A stretch of DNA of 63,250 nt, filler included, from Welwitschia mirabilis (Eukaryota): assembly GCA_051453625.1 (NCBI GenBank). It is 5 parts of one record of this genome, joined end to end, with 100 filler letters (N's around TTAATTAATTAA, not from the genome) between each part and the next. Parts side by side here need not be neighbours in the genome. Positions count along the whole stretch, not along the records: positions 1 to 20,557 come from JBOZIK010000001.1; positions 20,658 to 30,942 come from JBOZIK010000001.1; 3 more parts are not named here. One strand, given 5' to 3'. Below the pieces are notes generated by a model. It had not been told where the DNA came from. It saw only the letters and a program-made list of their open reading frames with translations, and made no database searches. This document shows, piece by piece, positions 14,591 to 26,950 of this stretch (position 1 is its first letter; each line of letters opens with the position of its first letter). Made by a program: the position numbers and the translations under genes.

Positions 14591-14897
14591 TTATTAGGTT
14601 TGAAAAGCAAGTAGGGTTAGGATCATTTTGTATTGCATGTTAGTTTAGATTGCATCTTGCACTTTGCATGGTAGTTTATTTTTTTACATTGTTCTTTATT
14701 ATTTTTGATTCCTAAGATTAAATTAGAAAAGCAATCTAAGTCTCATACGGGTAAACTTCAATGAGATACAACATTTTGAGTCAATCCTATTATACTAGTG
14801 TGATGTATTATGCATAATATCTATTTTAATTATTAATGATAGAATTTATTTAAATGTAAAAGCATGCACAAATACATACTATAATAAATTGGCATCA
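14590..14897 (+). repeat. 3' part of another LTR-A with the start of a PBS
   Basis: Matches 32685-32980. Ends ...AATACATACTATAATA AAT TGGCATCA. Confidence 0.75.
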
Positions 14898-14959
14898 TGC
14901 TTAAGCTCAAAGGATTCTAAAAAGAATAGAATTCTATGAATAATAAAATAAATAATTAT

Positions 14960-15092
14960 CTCCCACAATATAACACACTAATATAATGGGAGTAGACCTA
15001 AAATGTTATATCTCGTTGAACTCTATGAGATGAGACCTAGGTTGCTTTGTAGAATAAAAGGAACTAACAATGCAAGGAAATAAAGATAAAAT
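14960..15092 (-). repeat. Inverted LTR-A fragment
   Basis: Reverse complement matches 13870-14000 and 14675-14815. Confidence 0.75.
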
Positions 15093-17214
15093 CTTTTTTA
15101 AGATTAAATAGGTATATTACATTTCATTTTCTAAATTAACTTTGCATTATTTTCATATTTTGTATAATGTACTTGATAGTTTAGTTTGGTCTTAATCTGG
15201 TGATAGCTTTCCTTAATTGATCTAAGTTATATAGGGTCAATCTCTATGACAAGTTGTTTTGGTAATTAGATAGAAGTTACATTTACAATAAGAATTGCAT
15301 TTCATTTGCATAGTGTGTTTATTTGCATTGTAATTTTTTCATTGTTATTTTATTTTACATTAAGGTTACATAGTATTTCATTTTCAAAATTAATTCTCTT
15401 TCTTTTTCCTTATATCTTTGATGACATTATGGTATTTCGGTCATTTTTACTCTATATTAGTATATTATGTTATATAAAATCTNNNNNNNNNNNNNNNNNN
15501 NNNNNNNNNNNNNNNNNNNNNNNNNNNNNNNNNNNNNNNNNNNNNNNNNNNNNNNNNNNNNNNNNNNNNNNNNNNNNNNNNNNNNNNNNNNNNNNNNNNN
15601 NNNNNNNNNNNNNNNNNNNNNNNNNNNNNNNNNNNNNNNNNNNNNNNNNNNNNNNNNNNNNNNNNNNNNNNNNNNNNNNNNNNNNNNNNNNNNNNNNNNN
15701 NNNNNNNNNNNNNNNNNNNNNNNNNNNNNNNNNNNNNNNNNNNNNNNNNNNNNNNNNNNNNNNNNNNNNNNNNNNNNNNNNNNNNNNNNNNNNNNNNNNN
15801 NNNNNNNNNNNNNNNNNNNNNNNNNNNNNNNNNNNNNNNNNNNNNNNNNNNNNNNNNATGGTCTGTGAAGAGAGCAATGTCAAGCCAAGGGTAATCATAT
15901 AATATCCTTTCATAAGAATTAGTGTTCTATTTACCAAATAAATACGATTTAGTACTTTAAAAAAGTGAATAAAATAATCACATCGATAAGATATGTCACA
16001 AGTTATACTTGTGTTAAAAATTCAAATCTTATCATGAGGTAAATGCTCATTCATACTAATGAAGTAAAAGTTTTTAAAGACTACATTAGATTAAAAAGTT
16101 TTAGTATCATCGAAGGAATTAGATTCTTTAGTTACTACATTTAGCTTAGGTGTAGACTTTATCTTTTCCTAAGAAATCCAACAAAAATTAGTTGTATAGC
16201 CTTATTTTTCATATCATAAGCATTAATATTTATTATTCTTAGGACTAAAAATATTTTAAACTTACTTCTTATTTTTTTGAATCTAATTTGGCTTCTTGTT
16301 TTATTGTTTTATAGAAACTTATTTTTATCCTAGTGCATTATCTTTTGTAGAGGGAATTTACTAATAGATTATTTATTTCAATGAGAAGAACCATAAGAAT
16401 AAGAAACTTTGCATGTGATATTAGAGAAAAAATATTTAATGAGGTTAAATTAAGCTTTGATAGAAATGAGATGCTTACTTAGCATATTAAACATCATGTT
16501 ATTCACTTACTTACTACCATATAGTAATAGAATATAACTATGCAAAGAGGATTCTTATAAAAAATAGTGGTTGAATGCAATGAATGTAAACTTTTTTCAT
16601 AAATCAATCTCTTACATATTTTTCTAATGCCTTACATATACATAATTGATTATTTCATCTTACCCTTAAGGATATCCAAATCATTATTTAATTAAGGTAT
16701 GTCTGTCAAGATATAGAAGCTGGTGTATGTCTTTTTGGTTTGATGAATCAACTTCTTATGTTCATAGGTGGTAAATTTTTGCATAATATATATTAATTAT
16801 TTCTTAGTATCTTACTAAGTGAATTCTTTAGCATATTATGGAAAGTTGTATAACCATAGGTTAATAATTTCTTTTCATAACCATAAATTCATATGGTTAA
16901 CATAAAATCCTCATGCCAAATATTCCATAACTAATCATCTTAAGGAGTGGCTTTTATATTAGCTATGATACCAGTGGTGAGTAGATGTTTTAATTACTTT
17001 AATAACCATTAAAACTTATCCTTTAAAAATTATGATAAGTATGCCATTATAAAAATAGAATAAGAACCAAAAGAGAGTTAACAAGTTATGAGTTAAAGTT
17101 AAGAATCAAAGGAATCTTTCTGGCATTCACAACTAAAGGTGATCTATTAGTTACACAAAGAAATCTTGTGAAATTAAAAATAATATCAGAAAATAAGATG
17201 GTACAATAATAATA

Positions 17215-17473
17215 CATTGGTAAAACTCTAGTTTTAATAATTTCACTTGTCAAATATATTATGTCATTGTGTAATAGGTCAAATTGAAAAACACCAAATC
17301 ATAAATAGTACCAAGTCAAGTCAAAACTTAAAGTTTATAGTACACAAAAAGTTTAGTTTAGATTTCATAAATGACAAATGTTGCTATGTGATTTTATGCA
17401 ATCTTAAAGCTCTTGAGGCAAACCTGTAAATCATGTAACTTGCACACACTAGTATAGATGGGAGTTCACCCAA
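17215..17473 (+). repeat. 5' fragment of the Sirevirus-like LTR family
   Basis: Aligns with 44585-44730 and 41603-41715 (e.g. GTCAAATT...AAGTCAAAAC..AAAGTT.ATAGTA.ACAAAA.GTTTAG..AGATTTCATAAATG). Confidence 0.7.
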
Positions 17474-17697
17474 ANNNNNNNNNNNNNNNNNNNNNNNNNN
17501 NNNNNNNNNNNNNNNNNNNNNNNNNNNNNNNNNNNNNNNNNNNNNNNNNNNNNNNNNNNNNNNNNNNNNNNNNNNNNNNNNNNNNNNNNNNNNNNNNNNN
17601 NNNNNNNNNNNNNNNNNNNNNNNNNNNNNNNNNNNNNNNNNNNNNNNNNNNNNNNNNNNNNNNNNNNNNNNNNNNNNNNNNNNNNNNNNNNNNNNNN

Positions 17698-20557
17698 AAA
17701 GACTACTTCTTATAACTTATATCAAAGAAGAAGAGTATTTACTAGTTCTTAATTAATATAAACTATGAGATCTATCCAAGTAAGACTTGAAATGAGATAT
17801 GGAAAGCAAGAAATAAACAATGAAAATCTATTCTACTAAAATAGGTCAACCTTAACAAAGGTTGTCCTTATAATCTAAATAAACCAAATCTTGTCACTTA
17901 ACTAAGATCAACTTAAATCATAAGGTAGATGCACAATAATGAGATGAAAGAAGAGATTGTATTAACTCAAGTAAAATCAGAATAACATCCACTTACAAAT
18001 CAAAACAACACCACCTTAATGAGAGGGACACAGCCTAACACAAAGGAGACTCCTTTCTATAGCATAGGATGGATCTCTCATCCTTAAAGCTTCTGTCACA
18101 AGTATCAGGTACAAAATATGGCCAAAAATAAAGGAGGAAAAGGGTATTTATAGATTTCCAAAAAGAGGGATTTGGAGGTAAGCCCTAGAGGCAGGAAACA
18201 AAAACCCTAATGACTCACATGGGTTGCTTGACCCCATTTACCATAGAATTTATTGCTATAGTATAAAAATAGTTGTCATCTCTTATGTTGTCCACACGAC
18301 AAAGTGGACGACACTACCTTACGGCTTGGGCAGTGATTCATGTGTTGCCATCGGCCCCATGGGTTGCCTGCGTGTAGTCCTGATGCTGTCTTCCTGTATG
18401 TCATCTGGACAATAATGTGGACAATGCCCCGCCATCATGTGCTACTATTGGCATCACTGTCTACTATCCACATCAGCAGTCTGGTTGTCTCATGTGTTGT
18501 GGGAATGACTACGAGGATGATGGTCTTCTCTTATTCTCTTCTCCTAGGTGAATTAGTCTTTGCCTTATACAGTCCTACTTCCAATCTTGCAATATCAGAA
18601 TAGACCCAAGAAATTGCCAGAAATGCTAGATATCATATGTTTCACTGATCATCTTATCATGACTTCATGGCTCTTAGTATTGTATCAAAAACCTATATGA
18701 ATGTCTTGCAAAGATACTCAAAATACACCATCAAATTCCAACAAATTAGCATTGCAACATAGCCCCCTACTTAGCCTTGTCAGTCCCTGACAAAGTAAGC
18801 AATCAACTAGATTGCGAGCTAATTTGTTTAACATANNNNNNNNNNNNNNNNNNNNNNNNNNNNNNNNNNNNNNNNNNNNNNNNNNNNNNNNNNNNNNNNN
18901 NNNNNNNNNNNNNNNNNNNNNNNNNNNNNNNNNNNNNNNNNNNNNNNNNNNNNNNNNNNNNNNNNNNNNNNNNNNNNNNNNNNNNNNNNNNNNNNNNNNN
19001 NNNNNNNNNNNNNNNNNNNNNNNNNNNNNNNNNNNNNNNNNNNNNNNNNNNNNNNNNNNNNNNNNNNNNNNNNNNNNNNNNNNNNNNNNNNNNNNNNNNN
19101 NNNNNNNNNNNNNNNNNNNNNNNNNNNNNNNNNNNNNNNNNNNNNNNNNNNNNNNNNNNNNNNNNNNNNNNNNNNNNNNNNNNNNNNNNNNNNNNNNNNN
19201 NNNNNNNNNNNNNNNNNNNNNNNNNNNNNNNNNNNNNNNNNNNNNNNNNNNNNNNNNNNNNNNNNNNNNNNNNNNNNNNNNNNNNNNNNNNNNNNNNNNN
19301 NNNNNNNNNNNNNNNNNNNNNNNNNNNNNNNNNNNNNNNNNNNNNNNNNNNNNNNNNNNNNNNTAAATTGAGTCTATATAAAATGATATCATCAAATTAA
19401 TACAAGTACTAAAAATTTCTAAGCCCCCTACTTAAACATGTCACTACAGAATGAATTCAATATAGAAATCATAGAGTAAAGCTTGATAGCTTCTAAAAGT
19501 GAAACTGTCTGTGCATGCTAGAGAAAAAATAATGGATCATTGCACATTTCAAGTGGTCAAAAAGATATGGTTATAAAAACATGTGCAAGTACTACTGAAT
19601 CCTGTATGATAAAGTGTGTCAATGTTCTAAAAATTTCATGAAGAAATCATACAACTCATCCAAAATTAGATCATGTAGCTTAGAAAGGAAAAATTTTGTG
19701 CTAATCATAAAAGAGCTTATGCCCAAAAAGGTGTCCTATTCCCCTCACAGGAAAAGCAAGATGTCCCGAATTACACCTAAAACCAACAAGACAAAAAAAA
19801 GGAGTGTCGTCTACTATGTCATGTGGACGATAAATAAACAGCTGATATGGTGAGGAATGTGAAATCTGGAAAACTCAAAAAATTAGAAAATGTAGGGATG
19901 CAAAGGAAGAGAGAGAGAAAATACTCAAAAGAGGCCTCAAATATGCTCGAACACATGGAAAGATGGAATGCATTAAATAAAAGGAACCTGTCAGAAAGAA
20001 ACAACCATCCTCCGGAAAAAATATCACAAAAAAGAAAAAAATCCATAGGACCATGATATAATGCTTGAAAAAGTAGAAGGAAATAACTTTGAAAATTCCA
20101 ACAAAATAACAAAGGAAAAACAAAATAAAAATAGACAACTAGAAACATGAAGAAGATTGCTTAATTGCCCTAAATGCTATCTTAACAAATTCCTATAGCA
20201 ACAATCATAAAATCACTCAATTGGGCAATGATTATGATGATGCAAGTACACTAATGTTATCAAATGATGAATGATAAGTAAAAAATTATTTGAAATACAA
20301 GGACTTATAAGATACCATGTCAAAACAAGCACTAAAATCCATAAAGTAGAGTGATCATGTGGAAGTACAGAGAAATAAATGAAGAGAAAAAGTGATTCAT
20401 TATTCCATGATGAGGGGAGTGCAACCACTTGTTGAAACTATTTTCTTTGCAATAATTAAATAGATTTTTGGTTGATCGTGATTTTAATCTAATGCACTTC
20501 TTCTAGTGCCAAAACTATTGTGACTATTTTCTTCCTAATGATTAAATAGATTTTTGG
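17698..20557 (-). mobile_element. Athila-like 3' region, PPT and 3' LTR (gapped)
   Basis: Minus strand GACAAGGCTAAGTAGGGGGCTA|TGTTGCAATG gives an LTR start at 18759. 19364-20557 contains the GTGGTTGCACTCCCCTCATCATGG motif shared with other 3' regions. Confidence 0.75.
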
Positions 20558-20601
20558 NNNNNNNNNNNNNNNNNNNNNNNNNNNNNNNNNNNNNNNNNNN
20601 N

Positions 20602-20613
20602 TTAATTAATTAA
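20602..20613. other. Assembly spacer TTAATTAATTAA inside N-runs (also 30987-30998, 56099-56110, 59324-59335)
   Basis: An identical 12-mer with stops in all six frames, centred in ~100-base gaps. Confidence 0.95.
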
Positions 20614-20657
20614 NNNNNNNNNNNNNNNNNNNNNNNNNNNNNNNNNNNNNNNNNNNN

Positions 20658-23600
20658 CATATTTTATCAATTGGTAAATATTTGTTTTGGACCTTATTTT
20701 TCCAAAAGAATACAAATATCTTGAGACCATTATTCTTTTGATTTCTCTCTTTCTTTTTCAATAAAAGTGTGAATCAGATTTCTAGGATTTAAATACAGTT
20801 TTCTTGAATTGATCTTTTCTTTTATGATACTTTTGATTTTGATTCTTAGTTTTTTGTTTTAATAGTCTCTATTTTTTGTTTTTAGTTTTTTTTCTATTTA
20901 TAATCTAAATTTTCAATTTTGTTTTCTGTCATAATAATATGTTATCTCCTATGCCATTTCCATGATAATGAGGATGATAGTCGTTTTACTACTTTTCTAG
21001 TTTTTCTGATAAGTTTCTATGTTTTTCTATTTATTTTCTATTTTTTTCCCCTCTATCGTCCTCTCTATCAGTTGAACAATGAGTAGGATGACAGTCAATA
21101 AAATGTTTATTTTTGTTTACTATTATTTTTTAAAAATACATTTTTATGACTCTGCTGAGATTTTTGACTTGACTGCTTAAAGAATTGTAGAAAGTAAATG
21201 GGTAAAATTTGAAATTACGTGAGTAAATCATTTGAATTTTCTATTAGCTTTTTCCTATGGAATATTATTATGGCATTACCTGATTATTTTTTAAACATGA
21301 TTTATGTTTATTTCCATTTTTATTTTTTGACTTGGACATTTCAGTGGTAAGATTAGATTCACCCAATATTAGGACATTCACATGTCTATGAAATTCAATT
21401 TAAAGGAAGATGGTTTTTTTTTTATATTTTTCTCAATGTAAAAGGGTCTTATATTGTTTAATAATGCTCTTTTCTATCTAATAAAGACCATGATGTTTTC
21501 TATTTGTGCTATCTCAAAAACATGGTCACCATGATGTCCTACTGTAAGTACACTGGGGCAAGTATTTCTGAGAGAAGCCTTTGGTAGTGTAATATGGTAG
21601 CTATGGAAACTCCACTGGGAGGTTAGTTAGCCATTCTTTGTAGGTTCTTACTTCTCTAACTGTGGTTACACTCCTCTCATCATGGGTAATAAAGTTGTAT
21701 TTAAACTTTAAGGCTATAGAATCAGGGGTATTTCTAGTATTATTATAGGTATTTCTTGTTTTTTAGACTCTTAGTCTTTTCACATGATCATTTAATTTTG
21801 TGATATTTGGGTGTTTGTTTTCAGATGACAGTAGGAGAGTATATTTTTAAGCAATTATTTAGTATGATTATTCATTGTTTAAATCATTTTACCCTGACAT
21901 CATTATAATAACTGCCTTATTGAATGAAAATTTTATTTATTAAGTCATGCATTTTTCACATCAAGTGATGTTATGATTTTTATAATGGGATTTTTATAGG
22001 TTGAAATATCAGATTGATGAGCTATATTTTATATTATCTTATGCCCATTCTTCTTATTTCCTTTTTAGTTTGATTAATTATTTCAAAGTCATTACTGTAT
22101 TTTATTAGCATGATTTCTTTGTTCAAGTTTTAAATAAAAGATAATTTCCCAAATGAAGTGTTTCTCAATAGATTTTTGCAATTTATTTTTTAGATTTTTG
22201 GTGTTATAAGCATTCCTCATGTTCTTTTATAATAAAACATTTTTATTATTCACTCTTTTCTTTTACCTATCAAAATATTTCATTAATCTATATTTTTTAA
22301 ATCTACATTACTTAGCTTTGCACTTTGTTTTAAAAATTGTTCTACTATTCATTACCTGCCTTATCACTCCCGTCTACTTTTTTTACTTTATTTTTTAATA
22401 TGGGACATATTTCTTTTTCTTTGAAATGATAAAGACCATTTTCATGACTTATTTTCAAAAAATTTTAAACTTAATTTAGATTTTTTATGAGATAAAATTT
22501 TCAAAATTTACATACATATTATGCATTACTTATTATTTATCCATGTGATGTATTTTATGAGCCTATTTTATAACTTTTAGATTTATCTTTTGATAAAAAA
22601 TAAATTGGCTTGTAATTATGATTTTTATATCTAGTTTTTATTAGGAATTAACAAAGGCTAAGTGGGGGCTATGTTGTGCTATCAATTTAAGGTTATTTGA
22701 TAGGGTTTTATGAGTTATTTTTCAGGACCTTTATATAAGTTTAGGTGCAATTCTAAGGATTTTGTAGATACAAGAGAAAATCTTAGAAAAGTTTGATTCT
22801 TATCCAAATTTGATGTATTAAAGGTACTTTTTGATGCATAGAGCTTTGGAGAAGGATTATTAATTAAAGGTTGGTTTCTCCTCAAATAAAATAATCAAAG
22901 AAGACTGTCATCCACTCTGTCATCTTCATGACAATCAGAATGATAACTACTGACATGGACTACTAAGTCATCATTTTGAGAATATTCCATAATGTACTGT
23001 CATTCCCCTGATCATCTAGATGATAGCTTGGATGACACTAATATATAACTGACTTTGATAGATTTCCTTAACTATTTCATCCATTTCTGAGTTGTAAATG
23101 AGTGCACCTTTTCACACCTACCATTTGTCCTTTTCTACTGTATTTTTTTATAAATAAGACCCCCTTCGACTCTTCTTCTCATCTTTATTGCATCAAAAAT
23201 CCTCATGATAGGAGTCAAAGGGTGGTAAATCCATCTATGTGTGTTACAAAAAGACGTGCACTTAATGGAGGGCTATGTATCCTCCATTGAGACCTAGCTA
23301 CTTTGTAATCTAAATGTTGTTAGTCTTTTAATATAAACTTGGTTTTCATTTCATGTTTACATCTTAGGTCTTCTAATTATCCTTATGATTTATGATTGTC
23401 CTTGATCTGGTGATAATTTCTTAGATGACATAGATCATCAAGGGCAGCCTTTGTTAANNNNNNNNNNNNNNNNNNNNNNNNNNNNNNNNNNNNNNNNNNN
23501 NNNNNNNNNNNNNNNNNNNNNNNNNNNNNNNNNNNNNNNNNNNNNNNNNNNNNNNNNGATGGGATTTTATGAATCGTTTTGTAGGACTTTTATATAGGTT

Positions 23601-24597
23601 TAGGTGCAATTCTAAGGATTTTAGAGATATAAGATAAAATCTCAGAAAAGTACAATTATTATCCAAATTTGATGTATTAAAGGAACTTTCTGATGTACAG
23701 ATATTTGAAGAAGGATTATTTACCAAAATGCTAAAGTTCTCTTCAAGAAAATAATCAAAGAAGATCATCATTCTATGTGCCATCTGCATGATACATAAGA
23801 TAACAATTATTGATATGGACTATTGAATCATCATTATGAGAATATTTTACAATGATCTATCATTCCTCTTATTGTTTGGACTGTTGTCCAGATGACATTG
23901 ACATGTAATTGACTTTGATAGCAACCTATGACCATTTCATCTATTTCATTTATGAGCACACCTAACCATACCTATCATTTGTATTTTTCTTCTATGATCT
24001 ATTATAAATAAACTCTCCTTTGACTCTCTTTATCATCTTCATTACACCAAAAATTCTTGTGATAGGAGATCTAAGCATGAAAGATTCGTCTTGAGTATTG
24101 CAAAGATACATGCAATTAGTGGAGTGCTATGTATCCTCTAATTAAGACCTAACTGTTTTGTAACCCAAATGCTTATTACTCTTTTAATATAAAACTTGGT
24201 TTTTTTTCATGTTTAGATCTTAGGTTTTTCTAATTACCCTTGTGATTTATGATTGCCCTCTGGTGACAATTTCTTGGGTAACATATATCATCAAAGGAAG
24301 CCTTTGTTAAGACTGAAAGTAAGCCATGTTAGGGTTATTTTTGCATTGCATGTTATTTTAAATTACATATTACATATTGCATTATACCTTTATTTATTTT
24401 TATTTATTATTTATTTTTGGTTCTTATATTCTTTTACAAAGCAATCTGAGTCTCATCTCACAGACTTTAATGAGATACGACATTTGGGGTCTACACCCAC
24501 TTATACTAGTGTGATGTGTTGGGTAAGAAATCTATTTTGGTTATAAATGATGGGATCTCTTTGAATATAAAAGCTTGCACATATACACACCATAACA
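20658..24597 (+). mobile_element. Athila-like 3' non-coding region, PPT (22660-22671) and LTR-A; two diverged LTR copies flank a gap
   Basis: 20658-22480 is colinear with 36005-37873. AAGTGGGGGCTA|TGTTG at 22672. The second LTR copy 23558-24597 ends ...ACACCATAACA with no PBS. Confidence 0.85.
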
Positions 24598-26499
24598 ATA
24601 TTCTAGATGTCTTTAAAGGAAAGGTATGTTTTTTATTACTTTCCAAAATTGATGTCTTTGAATAGGTAGTTGTTATTATAGTATGTAGATGGTTTATAAA
24701 ATTTTTAATATAAGATGTCTTTTACCGAAGTAGATGTATATTATTATCATTTTAAACATCTCTTAGCTATTAGATGTCTTTTAAGAACTATTGGAAAAAT
24801 AAAAGAATGCACCAAAAAATGGGGTTTAAAGCTTATTTATTCCAATAAAGGGCCACCATACATCATTTTCTATCATTTACTTAATAGGTATCCCTTTTAG
24901 AGATCTTTTCTGGCCTATGTTTTTCAGATCTCTCAGCAAAATAATTTTGGATGTGGAAGACATCTTCACAATAAGAATAATAGATGCTCTTTCTTTTACA
25001 TATGCTCTTTTTCATTGATTCTTTCACAATTTAATTGTTATTACTTTAGATCTTCCATATATTCTTTAATCATGATGAAGAGAAAGCCCTTTAGTGCTTA
25101 AAAAGGTAAAGAATTAGTCACAAAATCACCTAGATCACAGTATGAGTCTTAGTTTTATTATGAGTTTGTCGTTAAACATCCTAGACTAGAAACTTAACCA
25201 TTGTAGAAAAGACTCTTGGGTTTTAAAAGCAGAGAAAATATTATCTTCTTGCATATTTTTCCTATGTTGGATGAAACATGATAGTCTAATTGGACCAAGG
25301 TATTTTAGACCTCATTGTTAGAGAATCTTATGTTAACATCCATGAGATAGATGACTACATTGGGATTTTACAAATACAAGTATGCGATGCTTCTTTATTT
25401 CTTACACAAGTTTGTAAATTCTATGCTTGGTATAATGATTTGGCGCTATAACAATTATTTTTTATTCACTCAAATATATATTCACTTATTACTCTATTAG
25501 CATTTCATAAGTAATGTACTATTTGGACATTCTAGAATGAATTATTATGAGAATATAAAAGGCAAGGATATAATGCTAGATGACTTTATTTTAGGCTTAA
25601 TTACAACCTACAATATACTTGTTTAGGATGATAGCTATAGATATTACAATCATGAGTACAAATTTATTGTTTATTGTCTTCTTATAGGGCTAAAGATTAA
25701 TTTAGGTTTTATTATATATATAGATATTATTACTCTTTTATAATAATATCAGAGTTTGAATTACCCTTGCTTCCTAAGTTTGATTACTAATAATGCTAGC
25801 AATTCTTTGCCTTAAGTAAACCTCATTCATCCTAAAAATGAACTTATAGAATTTAGTGAGAAATAATGAATAGCAATGCTATCTAGTAAAGAAAAAGACA
25901 TAAGACCACCTAAATCATAGTTTCAGTGCTCTTACTCTATAGAATCTCATAGTTCATAATCTATAAAGAAGGGTTTGAAGGCTATTACAACGATCGTAGA
26001 TAACATTGAAAATAATTTCTTAAGGATAAAGGAGCACCATTCCATAACATGTGAAGGAGGGGGTCTTATAAGTAGTTAAGAATCTTTGGAAAATCTTACT
26101 TGGACTAATTTCAAGGAGGAATTAAAGGTAAAGGCATGTTCAACCCTATATGCTATAAGATATAAATCAAGCCTTATAGTAGATACAAATTCTTGAGAGT
26201 CCATAGGGGATGAGGCACAGACACAAGAGGTGTACTAGCCTATGATATAAGTATAGGGTATGAAGCAAGAAGACTTAAAGAGCTATAATATTTATCCCCT
26301 CATCTTTTGTAGGCCTCATTGAAAACTAACATCCACCATTCCACACATCCTCCATTACTCCCTCATCCATCATCATTACCTTATATTTTTTTCTCCACTA
26401 CCATCTTTCATAGAATCAATTTGTGTTTCCCCTCTCAGCATAACTTCACCACCATTCTTCACAAGGCTGTTACTGCCACTACTAGAAATACAGGAATTT

Positions 26500-26950
26500 T
26501 AAGTCATTTATTTTAATAAACACCTTAAGTATAGAGCTTTTTAAGGTGTCTATTTTAGTTAATACCTTAAATAAAGCAAAAACCTTTTAAGGAATTTTTT
26601 TAAACAAATGCTCGACAATCCATTTCAAATTCTTTTTAAGGCATTTATTAAATTAAATGCCTTAATAATTTTGAGTTTTTAAGGCATTTAAAAATAAATG
26701 ATTTAAATACACTATTAGAAATATTAGCAAAACAGCTTAACAATAAAGCATTTTAAGGTGTTTTTTAAAATAAATGCCTTATAATCCATTTTAAATGTTT
26801 TTAAGGCATTTATAAAAATAATTCCTAAATAACAATATGTGTATTATAATAAATTCCTTAAATGTTTCTAGTTTTCAAGGTGTTCATTAAAATAAATGGC
26901 TTAAATAATTTGTATTTCTAAGAAATTTAGAAAAAGAACTCCTTAAGTTT
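26500..26950. repeat. CACTA left subterminal repeat array
   Basis: Many direct and inverted copies of AAATGCCTTAA / TTAAGGCATTT. Confidence 0.85.

Noticed and set aside
16962..16973. tRNA-Met PBS-like TGGTATCATAGC on the minus strand
   Set aside because: No second LTR copy or gag motif recognised around it.
21568..21630. Possible hammerhead ribozyme (CTGAGAG...GAAACTCC...GGAGGTT), i.e. a retrozyme
   Set aside because: The CUGANGA box is not matched, the stem III/NUH register is off by one, and the 7990 copy lacks GAAA.
26500..26950. CRISPR-like appearance of short interspaced repeats
   Set aside because: Repeats are ~11 bp, irregular and in both orientations next to a CACTA TIR in plant DNA, with no cas genes.
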